In this document: in pieces, positions 37,101 to 49,200 of the stretch
How the letters are laid out: every line of letters begins with the position of its first letter
Position numbering within the stretch: position 1 is the stretch's first letter
NCBI GenBank assembly: GCA_905178155.1
Contig: CAJINV010000016.1
Location: 434,001 to 498,000 of the forward strand
From: Amoebophrya sp. A120
Lineage: Eukaryota > Protista > Dinoflagellata
DNA length: 64,000 nt
Direction of reading: 5' to 3'
Program-made: the position numbers and the translations under genes
Notes under the pieces: model-generated
Told to the model about the DNA's origin: nothing
The model's input: only the letters and a program-made list of their open reading frames with translations
Database searches by the model: none

Positions 37101-39320
37101 AATGCATGACAAAAACAAAGAATTTTATCCATACCCGCTCACACTCGTCTCATTCACCGCAAAAATGCGCATTGCCGTTTGCATCCTGTCAAAGCTGGTT
37201 GATTTCCACACAAATTCCACCGTGAACCCATCCACCAACTCGTTGTCCCACGGCCCTTTCTTCTCCGCGTTCCTCAACTCCAAACACACCTCCTCCTGCG
37301 AGTTGATTTTCGTCACAGTTCCCTGACACTCCCAGCTGACCATCTGACCGCTTTCTGGGTGTTTGATTCCAAATTCGTGCTTCAACCGTAGTTCGTCTCC
37401 CGGCGCCAGTCGGATGTCGTTCGTCTCTTTCGTGAAGTAAAACATCGCTAACCGCTTTTTATTCAACGCGATGTCCCACCGGACTTTCACGTTCTGCTGG
37501 GATTGCGATTCCTTCATCCTTTTATCGTAGTCTATCCTGAGTAAAAACGTACCCACACCAGAGTCAGGATGGGGATTTTGCAACACAAACCTAGGAGTTT
37601 TGTGAGTCATGCATGACAAGTTGCACTATGCAGTGTAGTGCAGGTTAGCAAGTGCAGCCGCATCACAGATTCATCTGCTCATCCTGTTCACAGCATCACA
37701 AATTCCAAAACACGATTGGAAATGGCTCTCATGGGGATGCGCGTCACAAGTCTTCCTCTCTTTGCAAATCTGCATTACAACTCTGGTGTGGGTACGTTTT
37801 TACTCAGGATATAGTCCGCCTCCATCTTCACTAAAGGTGCGAACGTGTGCTGGTACTGATACGCGTCTTCGTACCGGAGGGTGACCGGTCTGGTTTCTTC
37901 CTCTTCCCCCTATCCTGAGAAAAAACGTCCCCCCCCCAGAGTTGTTATGCAGATTTGGAATGACAGGAAACTTTGTGATGCGCATCCCCATGAGAGGCAT
38001 TTACAGTCGTGCTGTGCACTTTGTGATGCTGCAAACAGGATGAGCAGATGGATTTGTAATGCGGCTGACCTTGCTAACATGCATTAATACACTACGGACT
38101 GCAACTTGTCATGCGTCACTCCCACGACTTCGAGGTTTCTGTTGCAAAGTCTCCATCTTGACTATGGGGTGGGGACGTTTTTCCTCAGGTTACCTCGACA
38201 CCCGAGTTCATCGTGCCGATCCGCTCCATGTCCTTCAAAGTAGCCGTGGGGTTGTCTTTCCAAATCTCCTCTAACTTCGCGACTTGGGAGGGCGTGATTA
38301 ACCTTCTCTTGTCGCTCATGTCCGGCTCCTTCACTAACCAGGGCAAGAACATCCGGTTGGATATGAAATGCAAATATGTCTGGGTCTGGAAGGCTGCAAA
38401 CTTTGTCATGCACATTTTGCATGACTCCTGACGTCTGTGATGCATGCTCTAGCATCACAGATTTTGTGAGGACTTTCTGATGCCTATTATACCGCATGAG
38501 AAATGCCCTCTCGCCGTGGCAAAAACTGGACCTCTTTTGCTGTTCATGCAATACAGATTTTTGTAGTATGCAAATGCAGCATCACAACTTACATCCTTCC
38601 AGACCCAGACATATTTGCATTTGATATTGGAAATCAGCGGTTCCCACTTCGTCGTGTCCCACTGGGAATCTTTGAACGCGTTCTGGACCAAACACGGCTC
38701 CCGGCAGATCAAGACCACGACAAAATCCTCCTTTTTCGGAACGTAACCGAGGAGAAAGACGTTCTTGGAACCGCAGCAGTAGCACTCTAACGCTGTGTCG
38801 GCGAGGGGGCCTTTGGGGTGCAGCGCGGCTTCGCGGTGCTTTGCGCGGACCATGTGGTGGACAATGTGCGCGCCGGACGTGGCTTGGTTCCCGTTGCAAA
38901 ACCACTTGTTGCAGATCGTGCACTTGACCACGCATTCTGGATTGGAGGTCAGACAGTAGCGACAGGCGAACTCGGGGCAGGCTTCCTGTGTTGTGGGTCG
39001 TTCTTTTTGTGGTTTTGTATTTGAGGTAGGAAAAAGGAAATAACTCAACGTACTACTAAAAGTTGTCATACAGATCACGCAATATCACACACTCTGTTAT
39101 GCGCGAAACCCATAATTATTACCTCGCACAACAATCCGTCAGGTTCGTCTTCATCGAATTCGTCGACAATCATCTGGTCGGTCTGGTGACCGTGTAACAA
39201 GTTCCCTTCCCCGTCATTTGCCCCGACCTTCCACGTAGAAACGGACTGCGCTTCCCAGTCGGTCTCGGACCGGAGCTCCGACTCGGACTCGAGCCCGTGG
39301 TAGGAACGGTAGGAAGACAT
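34190..39320 (-). CDS. UPF1: regulator of nonsense transcripts 1, SF1 RNA helicase (10 exons)
   Basis: CH zinc domain (ACRYC...CNKWFCNG...LECYCCG...LICREPC), [77 protein letters not shown] introns at 38986-39122, 36997-37134, 35630-35762 and 34885-35046, plus five IE introns. Confidence 0.97.
36034..36290. mobile_element. introner element, family A (same subfamily as 63579), in UPF1
   Basis: TIRs; repeat CTGTG/CTGTG; restores [13 protein letters not shown]. Confidence 0.9.
36688..36954. mobile_element. introner element, family A, in UPF1
   Basis: TIRs; repeat TGCTG/TGCTG; restores GHDPEQQEIRQ. Confidence 0.9.
37533..37811. mobile_element. introner element, family D (TIR TATCCTGAGTAAAAACGTACCCACACCAGAGT), in UPF1
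   Basis: Perfect 32-bp TIR; repeat TAGTC/TAGTC; restores [10 protein letters not shown]. Confidence 0.92.
37911..38192. mobile_element. introner element, family D (inverted relative to 37533), readable as GT-AG intron 37910-38193
   Basis: Family D TIRs; direct repeat lost; flanking G on each side gives G|TAAC...GATA|G; restores [18 protein letters not shown]. Confidence 0.88.
38362..38626. mobile_element. introner element, family A, in UPF1
   Basis: TIRs; repeat TTGGA/TTGGA; restores [16 protein letters not shown]. Confidence 0.9.
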
Positions 39321-40270
39321 TTTTTTATCGTGAGTGTTTTTTGCTTGCTAAGGAGAAGGTGATTCGAATTCTTTGTAAAAAAATGTCCTCACAACTACAA
39401 CCGCGTGCTGTGTGTCTTTTTGTCCAGGTCCTACTTCTACAACATGAAAAACAAATTTTCCCTTTCTTGCTAAGGATACAAAAATCAAACGAATCTTCAC
39501 GGAAAAATAAAAGCGCTGCGAGGTAAAAATGGAAAGGGCTGCTTTGTCGGTGGGGTCGTGACAAACAAAATAGTAAAATGAAAAGCCGCACAAATGAAAT
39601 GCATTACAAAAGCCTCGCAAAAGCTGCAAGTATGCTTCGACACCGCGATTAGATCCATCTTTTCCTCTAGATCATAAAAAGTGGATCTCGCTGAAACTTT
39701 CTCGGTATTTCATCTTGAGTGCCCTTTTTTGTAGCGTATGGCTCGCCGCCCTCTTTTTGCGAAAACGGCGTTCATTCTTTGCATGAACACAGCAGTAATT
39801 TTGTCGCATGCTACTAGCCGTGGTGATATAATTTGCTTTGTTGAAATGTACTGTGGACTTTCAACATTTTCACTGTTTGGCCTCTCTTTACTGAAACGAA
39901 GAGGCCCTAAGCAATTTTTTTCATCCTCGATCGCATTTTGCATCTGACGCTGCTGTTCTTTTCTGAAACGAATGATAAAGCACATCATAATTTCGACTGC
40001 CTAGGAAATTCCGTACAAAATTGGATCTGGAAACGTCGCTTTGCGCGCTGAAAAAACCTTGGAAATGAAAAGGAAATCAAATGACGTTCACTTTTGTTAC
40101 TCTTTGGTGAACTTTACGTGCTCAAGCACAGTTACAGTAGACGTAATTGAATGAAAGAAAGTTCTGCTGTCGAGGTCGGTCGACGTCCAAGTTCTTTTTG
40201 CAAAAACTTCAGACGCGCCTGAAAACTGAAACTAATGTACCACAAATCTGAAATTAATCAAAAAACTTCG

Positions 40271-43200
40271 TTACTTCGTCGTCGTGTTCATCTTTTTCTT
40301 ATCCACCTGCTCCACGCCCTTCGACGTCACCAAAAACGCACCGGAAACGGATCCTGAAGCACTTTGTCCACTGTTGGCAACATTGACCGCTGCTGCACTA
40401 CTACTGTTGTTCGCCGCCGCAGCAGCTTCCCGGGCTCGTTCTATCGGGGTTTTTGGCCTGTTTGGGTTCTGTTGGAGGTTCCCTGCTGCTGCATTCATGT
40501 TTTTGTATTGCGCCATTACCGCAGCCTGGTAGTACATCATTGCGTTCATCTGCGCACTCGCCGCTTGCTGCGAGTACTGCTGTGCTTGCTGCGCAAAATA
40601 GGTCGCCTGATTCATCGGCCCGGGGTGCAAAGGCTCGTAGTTGGACGTGTTTTGATTGTAATCCGACGCGTTTCTGTTCATACTATTCGGGTGTTGCTGC
40701 TGCCATAAAGCGTAGTTGACTGAATTTGCCACCGCATTTTGATGTCGATTGCTACTTTGGTGCGCCGTGGTTGTGCCAGTTCCGTGAATGGTTGCGCGGC
40801 GGTCCATATTTTGTGGTGGTCCTGTTGCAGCAGTTGTTCCAGGCAGAAATCCCCCCTTGTTCATGTTTTGACTAGGCAACGGCGCCCGCTGATTTTCACC
40901 AACAACCCGTGCGGCGGTGGTCCTGGTAATGATCTGTTGACCTTGTTGAAGTTGTTGTACCTGTGCGTTCATCCCGCCAAGCGAGGAGTTGTATTGCTGA
41001 TTCTGCATGATCTGTTGCTGCATTTGCTGCACTCGCATCCTCTGATTCGGGCTCTGCATGGGAGGCTGATTCGGATCGATTATTCCCCCAGAAGGATTGC
41101 CTACATCACCACTTTGATGCGGGGGCGTCTGTCCTGAAGGATTGTTATTTGTAAAGCCCGGTGGCGTGGTCGGAGGTTGATGCACTACCTGCTGCATACC
41201 CATGGATGCGGCCGGGTTATTATTTGTTCCCATCGCGCCGCCCATAGCCCCCATCTGCGTCATCCCAGCCGCACCCCCACCCCCCTGCTGCATCTTCTGC
41301 ATCTGGAGATTATACCCCGCAAACTGCTCGCTCGTCGACTGTTTCAAAGGCCTCGTCTCGGCCAGTGGTCGGTTGTTCTCGTCGAGTAGCTGCAGTGAAT
41401 CCAAAATCCTCAAATTCGGAAATCTCGTCAACAAAGTTGCACGGTACAGAGGCTTTCTCGTGCAGGCGTTGTTCGCGAAAGAGAGCTGCAAAATCGACAC
41501 CATCTCGACCGGCAGACCGGAGGAGCCTCCATTTCCTTCGTGTCTTGTCAACCCATTCGTGTTCGCGGGCTGGATGTTGCTCGGGTAAAGCCGCTGCAGG
41601 TTTGTTGACGCTGCCCCTGCTGCTCCACCTGCACCGGAAGGACCCGCCGCTTGCGACTGACTGGAAATCAACTCCGGCATCGACCCCCTCCGGTTGTTGA
41701 AACTAGTACCACCTGCCTGCTGATTGTTCTGTTGGTTATTCGCCCCAGATGAAGTTGCGTCGTTTATCATCAAATTTGGGTCCTTTTCCGACAAAATCAC
41801 GTCGAGCGAAACGTCGCTAATCCGGTTGTTTCCGAGGAGAATCCGCCGTAACTTCGGGACGACAAACACGTTCAACTTTACAGATTTTATCAGGTTGTCC
41901 TCACAACGCAATTCTCTTAAATTCACCAGCCCGAACAAGTCCTCTTCTTCCAGCACCCGTAGCTTGTTTTTGTCCAGATTCAAGTCCCGCAGGTTTTCCA
42001 ATTGGGAAAATGGTTTGTTTGAAAAAATTCTCAACTCGTTTTGCTCCAGATTCAGGTACCGTAGGGACTTCAACGCTGGGAAGGTGATAGCAGACAAGTC
42101 GACGATGTTGTTCTGCTTCAACTCTAGGACTTGGAGATTGGGGATAGAAAGGAGGCCCTTTTGTTCTCCCATTTGCTTCTGCTGGTTCGACGCTAGTCCT
42201 TGTAGTTGTCCTTGTGGTCCACGAGCAGGACCTCCCAACGCTAGGGGATTTGACGAATTCTGAACTGCGCTAGTTGTTCCACCAACAGCACTCGTTCCAC
42301 CTCCAAGCAATTTCCTCACGTCCCCGATCTTGCACTTCGAGCAATTCAAAATGACGAGTTTCCCCAGCGGGCCGATCCCATCCAATCCACCGATCGGGTT
42401 GTCGTCTAGAATCAACTCCCGCAACGACGGAAACATTTCGTCCGTCAACAAATTCTTCCCGAGATTTTTTAACTTGCTCGACTCCAGATTGATCGTCCGG
42501 ACGTAGAAACAAGCGGGCGACGGACCGAGTTTCTCCTCGAGCATTTCCATGGAGAGTTTCCCCTGAAACCGATTCCGCGCCTCCTGAACTTCCAGTTGCT
42601 TGATTTCCAATCCGTCGAAAAGTTTTATTTGGTGCAAGTGGAAAATCACGTACGGCCGGTAGCGCTTGGAGGGAAGTGGGGGGAGGAAGTTCTGGTGGTT
42701 ATTTTCGGGTTTGTTCCTTATTTGTTCATCGGGTTTGTCTTGCAATTTTGTAGCCGGGGATAGTGCGTCATCAGCTTCTGCGGTTGTCTCTTCGCCTTTG
42801 TTTTCCTTGGTTTGCATCTCTTTCGACTCCTCCTCACGGTCTGTACTAGTCCCTGGAGCAACTGGCGGTGGAAGTAGCAACCGGTCTCCGCTGAGTGTCG
42901 CCAGATGCGTAATGTCGATAATTTGATGAACTTGGGCCACTGCACCACGCTTTGCACCGCTATTGCCCTCCTTGTTCGTCCCTTCACCTGCACTACTTTT
43001 CGACCCTCCTCCACCGCCAGTCGTCGCGAACAGCGATGCTCTCCTCCCCCGTCGAGAGGAATTCCGACTGCTTGCATCACCCCCAATAGCGGTTTGCAAC
43101 TTCGATTCGAACATGTTTGTTTTATTGTTGCCAGCTAGTACTCCCGCATGTCCTTGCTGCCCTCCAATCGTCTCGTTATCCGAAAAGTCGTCGTCTTGAC

Positions 43201-46200
43201 CTCCACCGCCTCCCGCGTTGTTCTCCCCCGAAGAACTGGCTCCACTACACAGCGGATTCCCAGATAAATCCAACACCCGCAGTCTCGCGCAGTTTTTCAG
43301 GGTTAAGACCGCTCTCAATTCTTCCAGCAGATTATTCGACAGGTACAGCTCGACGAGATTTTCCAAGAGTTCAAAGCCGTCCAAACTGTCGATAAAATTG
43401 TTCTCTAACGACAGCTGCGTCATCCGTTGGAAATAGTAGTTTTTCATCGGCCGGGTGAGCTGTTGTTGTTGTGAGGGCCGCTTTTCGTTCTGCTTTTTTG
43501 CACTAGATGTTGCGCTGGGTGATTTCCCCTTACTGTTCGATCGCTTCATGCTTGTCGTGCTGGTAACTGCCTTTGAAGATGTCGTTGAAGTTCCTGTTTT
43601 CTTCAAACTATTCTTCCCCCCGCTCGTATTGCTGTTCTTCCTCCCGCCCCCTGCACTACTCCTCCGAAACAACTCGCTTAAATCCGAAATTTTGTTGTTC
43701 TTCGCATCCAGCTATCAAATGCAAATATGTCCGGATCTGGAAACTTGTGATGCTAAAACGTGGATGATGGAAACAGTTCCGCATGCAACCCAGCATGACA
43801 ACTTTCTGAAACGCTTTTTCATAGGCAATCCGCATGAGAAGCTGCGTTTTTGTAGGGGCAAAAGAGGCCGCGACTTTTGTTGGTATATGCAATACAGATT
43901 TCCTAGGTATGGAAAGCTAGCATTACAAGTTCGCATCCTTCCAGACCCAGACATTTTTGCAGTTGATACCAGCCTCTGCAGCCTTGGAAACCGCTGTCGC
44001 AAACCGGCGAGTTGGGTCAGACAGTTGTTGTCCAGGTTCAAAACACCACAAACTGGAAAAGTCGGAATACCGTCCAAGCTGTGCAGTGTGTTGCCGCCAA
44101 GGTGTAAAAATTCTTTCAAATTGTGTCGGAAGGTGGAATTCAGGAACACTGATTGGAAAATCAGGGACAGTAACTTCGTGCCGAGACAAGACAAATCCAA
44201 ACTGCAGACGAAGGAAAACAAAGCCTTGAAAAACTGCTCGATCTCGGGCGTGTAGGGGTTTAGTTGTGCCATTTGCTGCTCAGGATTTGTCATGTCGTTC
44301 CCATACACCGCCCCATCTCTCGTTGCAGACAAGCTGGACGCACCGGAGATGGACCTGGTCCGGGAGAAAAAACTGGAATTTAACGCGATGGTGTTGAAAT
44401 CTGGGATTGGGAGCTGCTGCTGCTGTTGACCAGGAATAGATTTGGAGTTTTTCCTACTGCTGGACAAGGCAGCTGGCCCCAAAGAATTCCGTCTTCCCCG
44501 CTGCAGAACAGCAGAAACAGCAGTATCCGGCAGTTGTAAAATCTTTTCCACTGCCAGTCGCGCAATGCTATCCTCGTAAAGAATGACTTTGTCATCTTGC
44601 AGCGTTTGGCTCAAGCACGTCCGGATAATGTGCTCCATCCAAAATGTATCAAATGCAAAAGTGTCTGGGTCTGGAACTTGTCATGCTAAATCTCAATCAT
44701 GTAACAATCTGTGTTGCATGATTACCACAAGCTGTCCACTTTTTGACCTAGTCGAGAGGCAGTTTCTCATGCAGGATAGGCATGATAGAAGTAGAACTCT
44801 CACGGGAGAATCTGTCATGCTATGTCCTACATACCAGACCTCATGGGTCATGGAAAACCTGCATGACAAGTCTGGCCTTCTTCCAGACCCAGACATTTTT
44901 GCAGTTGATAAAATATCGAAGATTCCGGCTTTAGATCCGGGTTGACAAGAGCTGCACTGGTGAAGTAAGCCGATGCTTGTTCACCATTTAATATTTTCGA
45001 TGAAGACCGAAAACTCTTCGCTTTTTGCACGCAGAGTCGCACGAACGTGTCGAAAAGAATTGAGCTGCTGCTCGTTGCGGTTGTTGTTCCTGTTATCGCA
45101 GCAGCTGTCACGGCGGGGAGTTCTTGTCCAGTGGCGTGCTTGTGGCCTTCCTGGTGCGGAGAGTGGTGGTCTCGGTTCAAATTAGATGATGTTTTTTTCC
45201 AGCAACGCAGCCGCTGGCGGAGCAGGCTCTCCAAAGTCAATGTCGAAGAAGAGTTTGGCGAGGAAGCTGCACTGTTTCCGGCTTCTGACCGGCTCATTTT
45301 CAATTGCTTCCTCACTAAATTCTTCTGCTCTTCTGCCACCACTAACGCGTCGGTCTGGCTGTCCCGATTGATGTTCCGGACACTCGCTGTCAGAGTCGCT
45401 GAAGCTGGTGCAGCTACAGGCGCATTGGCATTGCTAAGACCGCCATCCTGCAACTGGATCATTGGGCTTTCCTCTATCGGGCTCTGTTCTCGGGAGGAAA
45501 AGGGCGTCGTGCTTGGACCATCGTTTGCATTCAGTGTGTCCAGCGGGTGCAAATGAAGAATTCTGCCGTTTTGCGAGAACAGTCTGTCATGCTCCGCTTT
45601 GAGGATCTCTTTCTCGGTACACGGTGGAAATTGGTGAAAGGAGAGGAGATCTTCCGGCCCGGAACTAGTTCTGTTCTGGTCCACGATTCCACTTGTCAAC
45701 AAATCGACCCCGCTACGGTTCAACAGTAACGCGACCACTTTGCTCGTGCTGGAAACAGGCGGGATAACTGGTGCGTAGGCATTTCCAGAAAATCCTCCAA
45801 ACAACGCGTAATTGCTAACTGAACTGCGGTTCGACATTTGACTTGTCCGGCTGATTTCCCGTAATGTTTCGGTGAAAACATCCTGCCCAGCCGTGTCCTC
45901 ATCCGCGAGTCCGTCCAGAGCGGATTGTGTCAGCTTCGACGAAGGTTTATTTTGTTTCGCAGCTGCAGCAACGAGGCCAGATGCGTGGATTGCTGGAAAG
46001 GACGCGGAATTTTTCACTTGATGATGCTGGTTCCCGTTCTTCGTTCCCAAAACGCCTGCTGTGCTACCGTACTGAAACACTGTCGCAACTTGTTCCTCGA
46101 GAAAGGTGGCGAGTAGATTGATCTCATAAGTGAACCGACACCAGTTCAAAGCGTTTAATAACCCCGTGGCACTTGTGGAGGTTAGAGATTTCGCAGAGGC

Positions 46201-49200
46201 TGTGAGAAGATCTACTGCACCTTCAGTCGTCGCTGTCGTGTGTTGCTGGTTCATTTGAGAAAATTCATTTCCTTCCACATTTCCAGCGAAAACATTTGAG
46301 CTTGGTGCCCCAACTGCCTCGACCAGCTGGGGCTGCGCGTTGATGTTCGTATTTCTCTTCGCAAGAGCATCGTCGAACGCCTGAAAGTGTTGGTCTTCAT
46401 TGTAAAAATCATCGTCAAAATGATCTTCGTCTGCCGTGCCACCTCCTTCCCGAATCGTAAAAGTCCCCCTCGGACTTGCCAGGGGGCTTGGGTTGTTCGC
46501 TGACGGTTGCAATGTCGCCACTGTGTTGGCTAGGGAATCAGTACAACCAGCATCCTGAAGTAGATCCGGGCCACCTGCTGACGACAAATTTGGCGGTACT
46601 AGTGTCACTGATGCCGTTCCGGCCGTAGAGCTGCTACTTCCAGAGGTTAGCCGGTTTGCATTTGCGGATTTGGAAATGCTGGTGGAGAAGTTGTTTGTCG
46701 GGATGCGCCGGGGATTTTTGGAAGTAGACAAGTAGTTGCCGCTGTTCAGCAAGTCGACAGGTTGTTCTTGTTGAGCATTATTTTTGCCACTTGTCGGTTT
46801 GAAGATTTCCTCCTCGATCAGTCTTTCAAAATTCTGCTCCTCCAACATTCGAAACAATTTGTTCATGGCGATTTCCGTCATTGGGAGTTTTAGTGGTTCC
46901 TTGTCCAAGGAAAACGAAAGCTGCTTGGTTGTTGTCAGGTCATCATCTTCGAAGGGTAAACCCGGTGCGGTTTTGGAAGACTGTAGCATCCTTAAAAGAG
47001 AATTCGCCTTCGAGTTGCTCATCAGCGTCGATGTTCCGAACTGCGAGAAGTTGTTCCTCGCTGTTTGAAATGTTTGGTCTATCGCAGCATTGTCTTCACT
47101 GTTGCAAGTTATTTCCCGCAGAATGTGGTGAACCAAATGACGTCTCAGTCCGTCGCGCCACAGGGTGGTGGGCTTCCCAGACTTGTCACCAATTGATACC
47201 CCAATATCACTCGACCAGTCTATCCTGCTTGCAGACAAGGAAATAGCGCTTTTGCTGCTCTGCCGACCTCCGCGGTTGCCACCAGCGTTATTTCCGAAGT
47301 TGTCGAAAGTGGATCTCTGCGAGATGCTCCGAGAGCCACTTGTCCGTTCCTTCTTCCGACTGATTTTGATATCAATGTGAAGCCCCTCTGCTACTTCCGG
47401 GATTCCAACCTTCCCGGACCGCAAATCCTTCGCAAAGTCGAGAATTAGTACTGGTAGGAAAAGCTTTTCCAGTAGAAATGCTTGCACTTTATCCGAATCC
47501 GTACTCAGCACCGGGTTGCCGAAAAGAGATAAATGGCGGATTTCCGAATGGTTGAGGAGGTTGTTGTGTTTGCAGAGGTGGGAAATCTCTTCCACTTCCA
47601 GGATCAAATTGTTGCTCAAATCCAGGCGTTCCAAAGCCGGGAACAGTGCACGATCTTGATCTTTGCGCCTTGTTTTCCTCGTGGCAGTACTTTTTCTACT
47701 CACCCCAACGCGTTGAATCAGATTGTTCGCTAGGTTCAAACTCTTCAAGACCTTCAACTGCCCTATTTGCCTCACTACGTTCTCGACAGAGTTGAACGCC
47801 AAATTCAGCTCCACCAAACAGTAACTCAACTGCCGCTTCGCACAGCTCGCAAACTCCCGGAGGGCTCGGTTGTGCAAATCGACAAATTTTACGGATTTCG
47901 CTTTCGGGAGCTTCTGTTTTCCCTTCGAACCGCTCCTCGACGCTCGTTTCGATTTCCTCAGCGTGAGCGGAATCGGCATGGAACTTGTGCCGCAGGTCAA
48001 AGATTTTTTCCGTGTGGCGACGAATAAGTCCGCGGGGTCGTCGTATTCCGATTCATTTTCTGAGCTGCCGCCTTCATTGGATTCTTCAGAAGCGGAACTC
48101 ACGAGTAAGTCCTCAGAAATTTCCCGTGGAATGTTGTTGTCTGATGCGGTTTTTACTTCTACGCTTGGTCTAGTAGAAAACCCCGCTCCCGCAGTTCCTC
48201 CATGGAGATCATGATTATCCCCATACCGCACAAGGTGTAGGTTCAGTAACGCCGCTTCACTACTCGCCCGTGCTTCCGGCGTGCCTGTATCGCCGGAAAG
48301 TAAGTGCTTTGCGTAGAGCGTCTCACAAATGACCGGGTCGGTGTTGTGGCTCAGGATTGGTCGTGTTGTGCTTGTTTTCGAAGTATTTCCCCCCTTGTTT
48401 CCATCACAACCAGTGCTAGTAGCAGTACCCATCAGCAGCTGCAGCGCGTCAAGATAGTGCGACCGCTTTTCCGTATTTTCCAGCAAGGCTTGCAAAGTGT
48501 TCGCGTTACTGCCACCTGCACTAGCACCGGTAGTCCCCGCCGCTCCTGTAGGACTTGCTGCAGTACTAGAAGTTGTCCCTGCATTGCTAGTTCCCTCCTT
48601 CAAAACCTGCTTCAAAATTTCGTTCTTCTTTACAATCTGCCTCAAATTCGGAACATCCTTCAACGAATTAATCGGGTAGAAGTTCCGCTCGACCAATTTC
48701 AACATGTTCCGGAATTCGTTTACTTTCCCAGCGAAAAGATTTTGCCTTCTCGGATCCTGATAAGCAGAGCCGTCTTCTCGGTTTTTCGGGTTAAAATTGA
48801 AAGAATTATGCTGCAGCTGCCCAGGGAAAGTGCTGCTGCTCGACGGCCCGGTCGTCCCTGTGATGTTGTTGCTCCCCGGAATCTTGCTACTGGAATTCGA
48901 ATTTTGCTGTCCTCCCTGTCCGGGGGGGAAGAGATTTATCGTGTTCAACAAGTTTGGACTGGACACAACGGTCGGAAACAATTTATTTCCCTTGCTCGAG
49001 GAAGACGAGGAGCCCTTGTTACTCGCTGCCTGCTGTTCCCTTTCTGCAATGGCGCCCAATCGGTAACTCTCCGCTGCGGGGAGGAGGAGCGCTTGTTTCT
49101 GTAGCTGTTGTTGCCCTTTCAAGCCCTTGTTGGAGCGGGTTGGTTTAATTGTGACAGCAGCGTCTTGTTTCTGGTCCTTATCCTTTAGTGATGATGCAGC

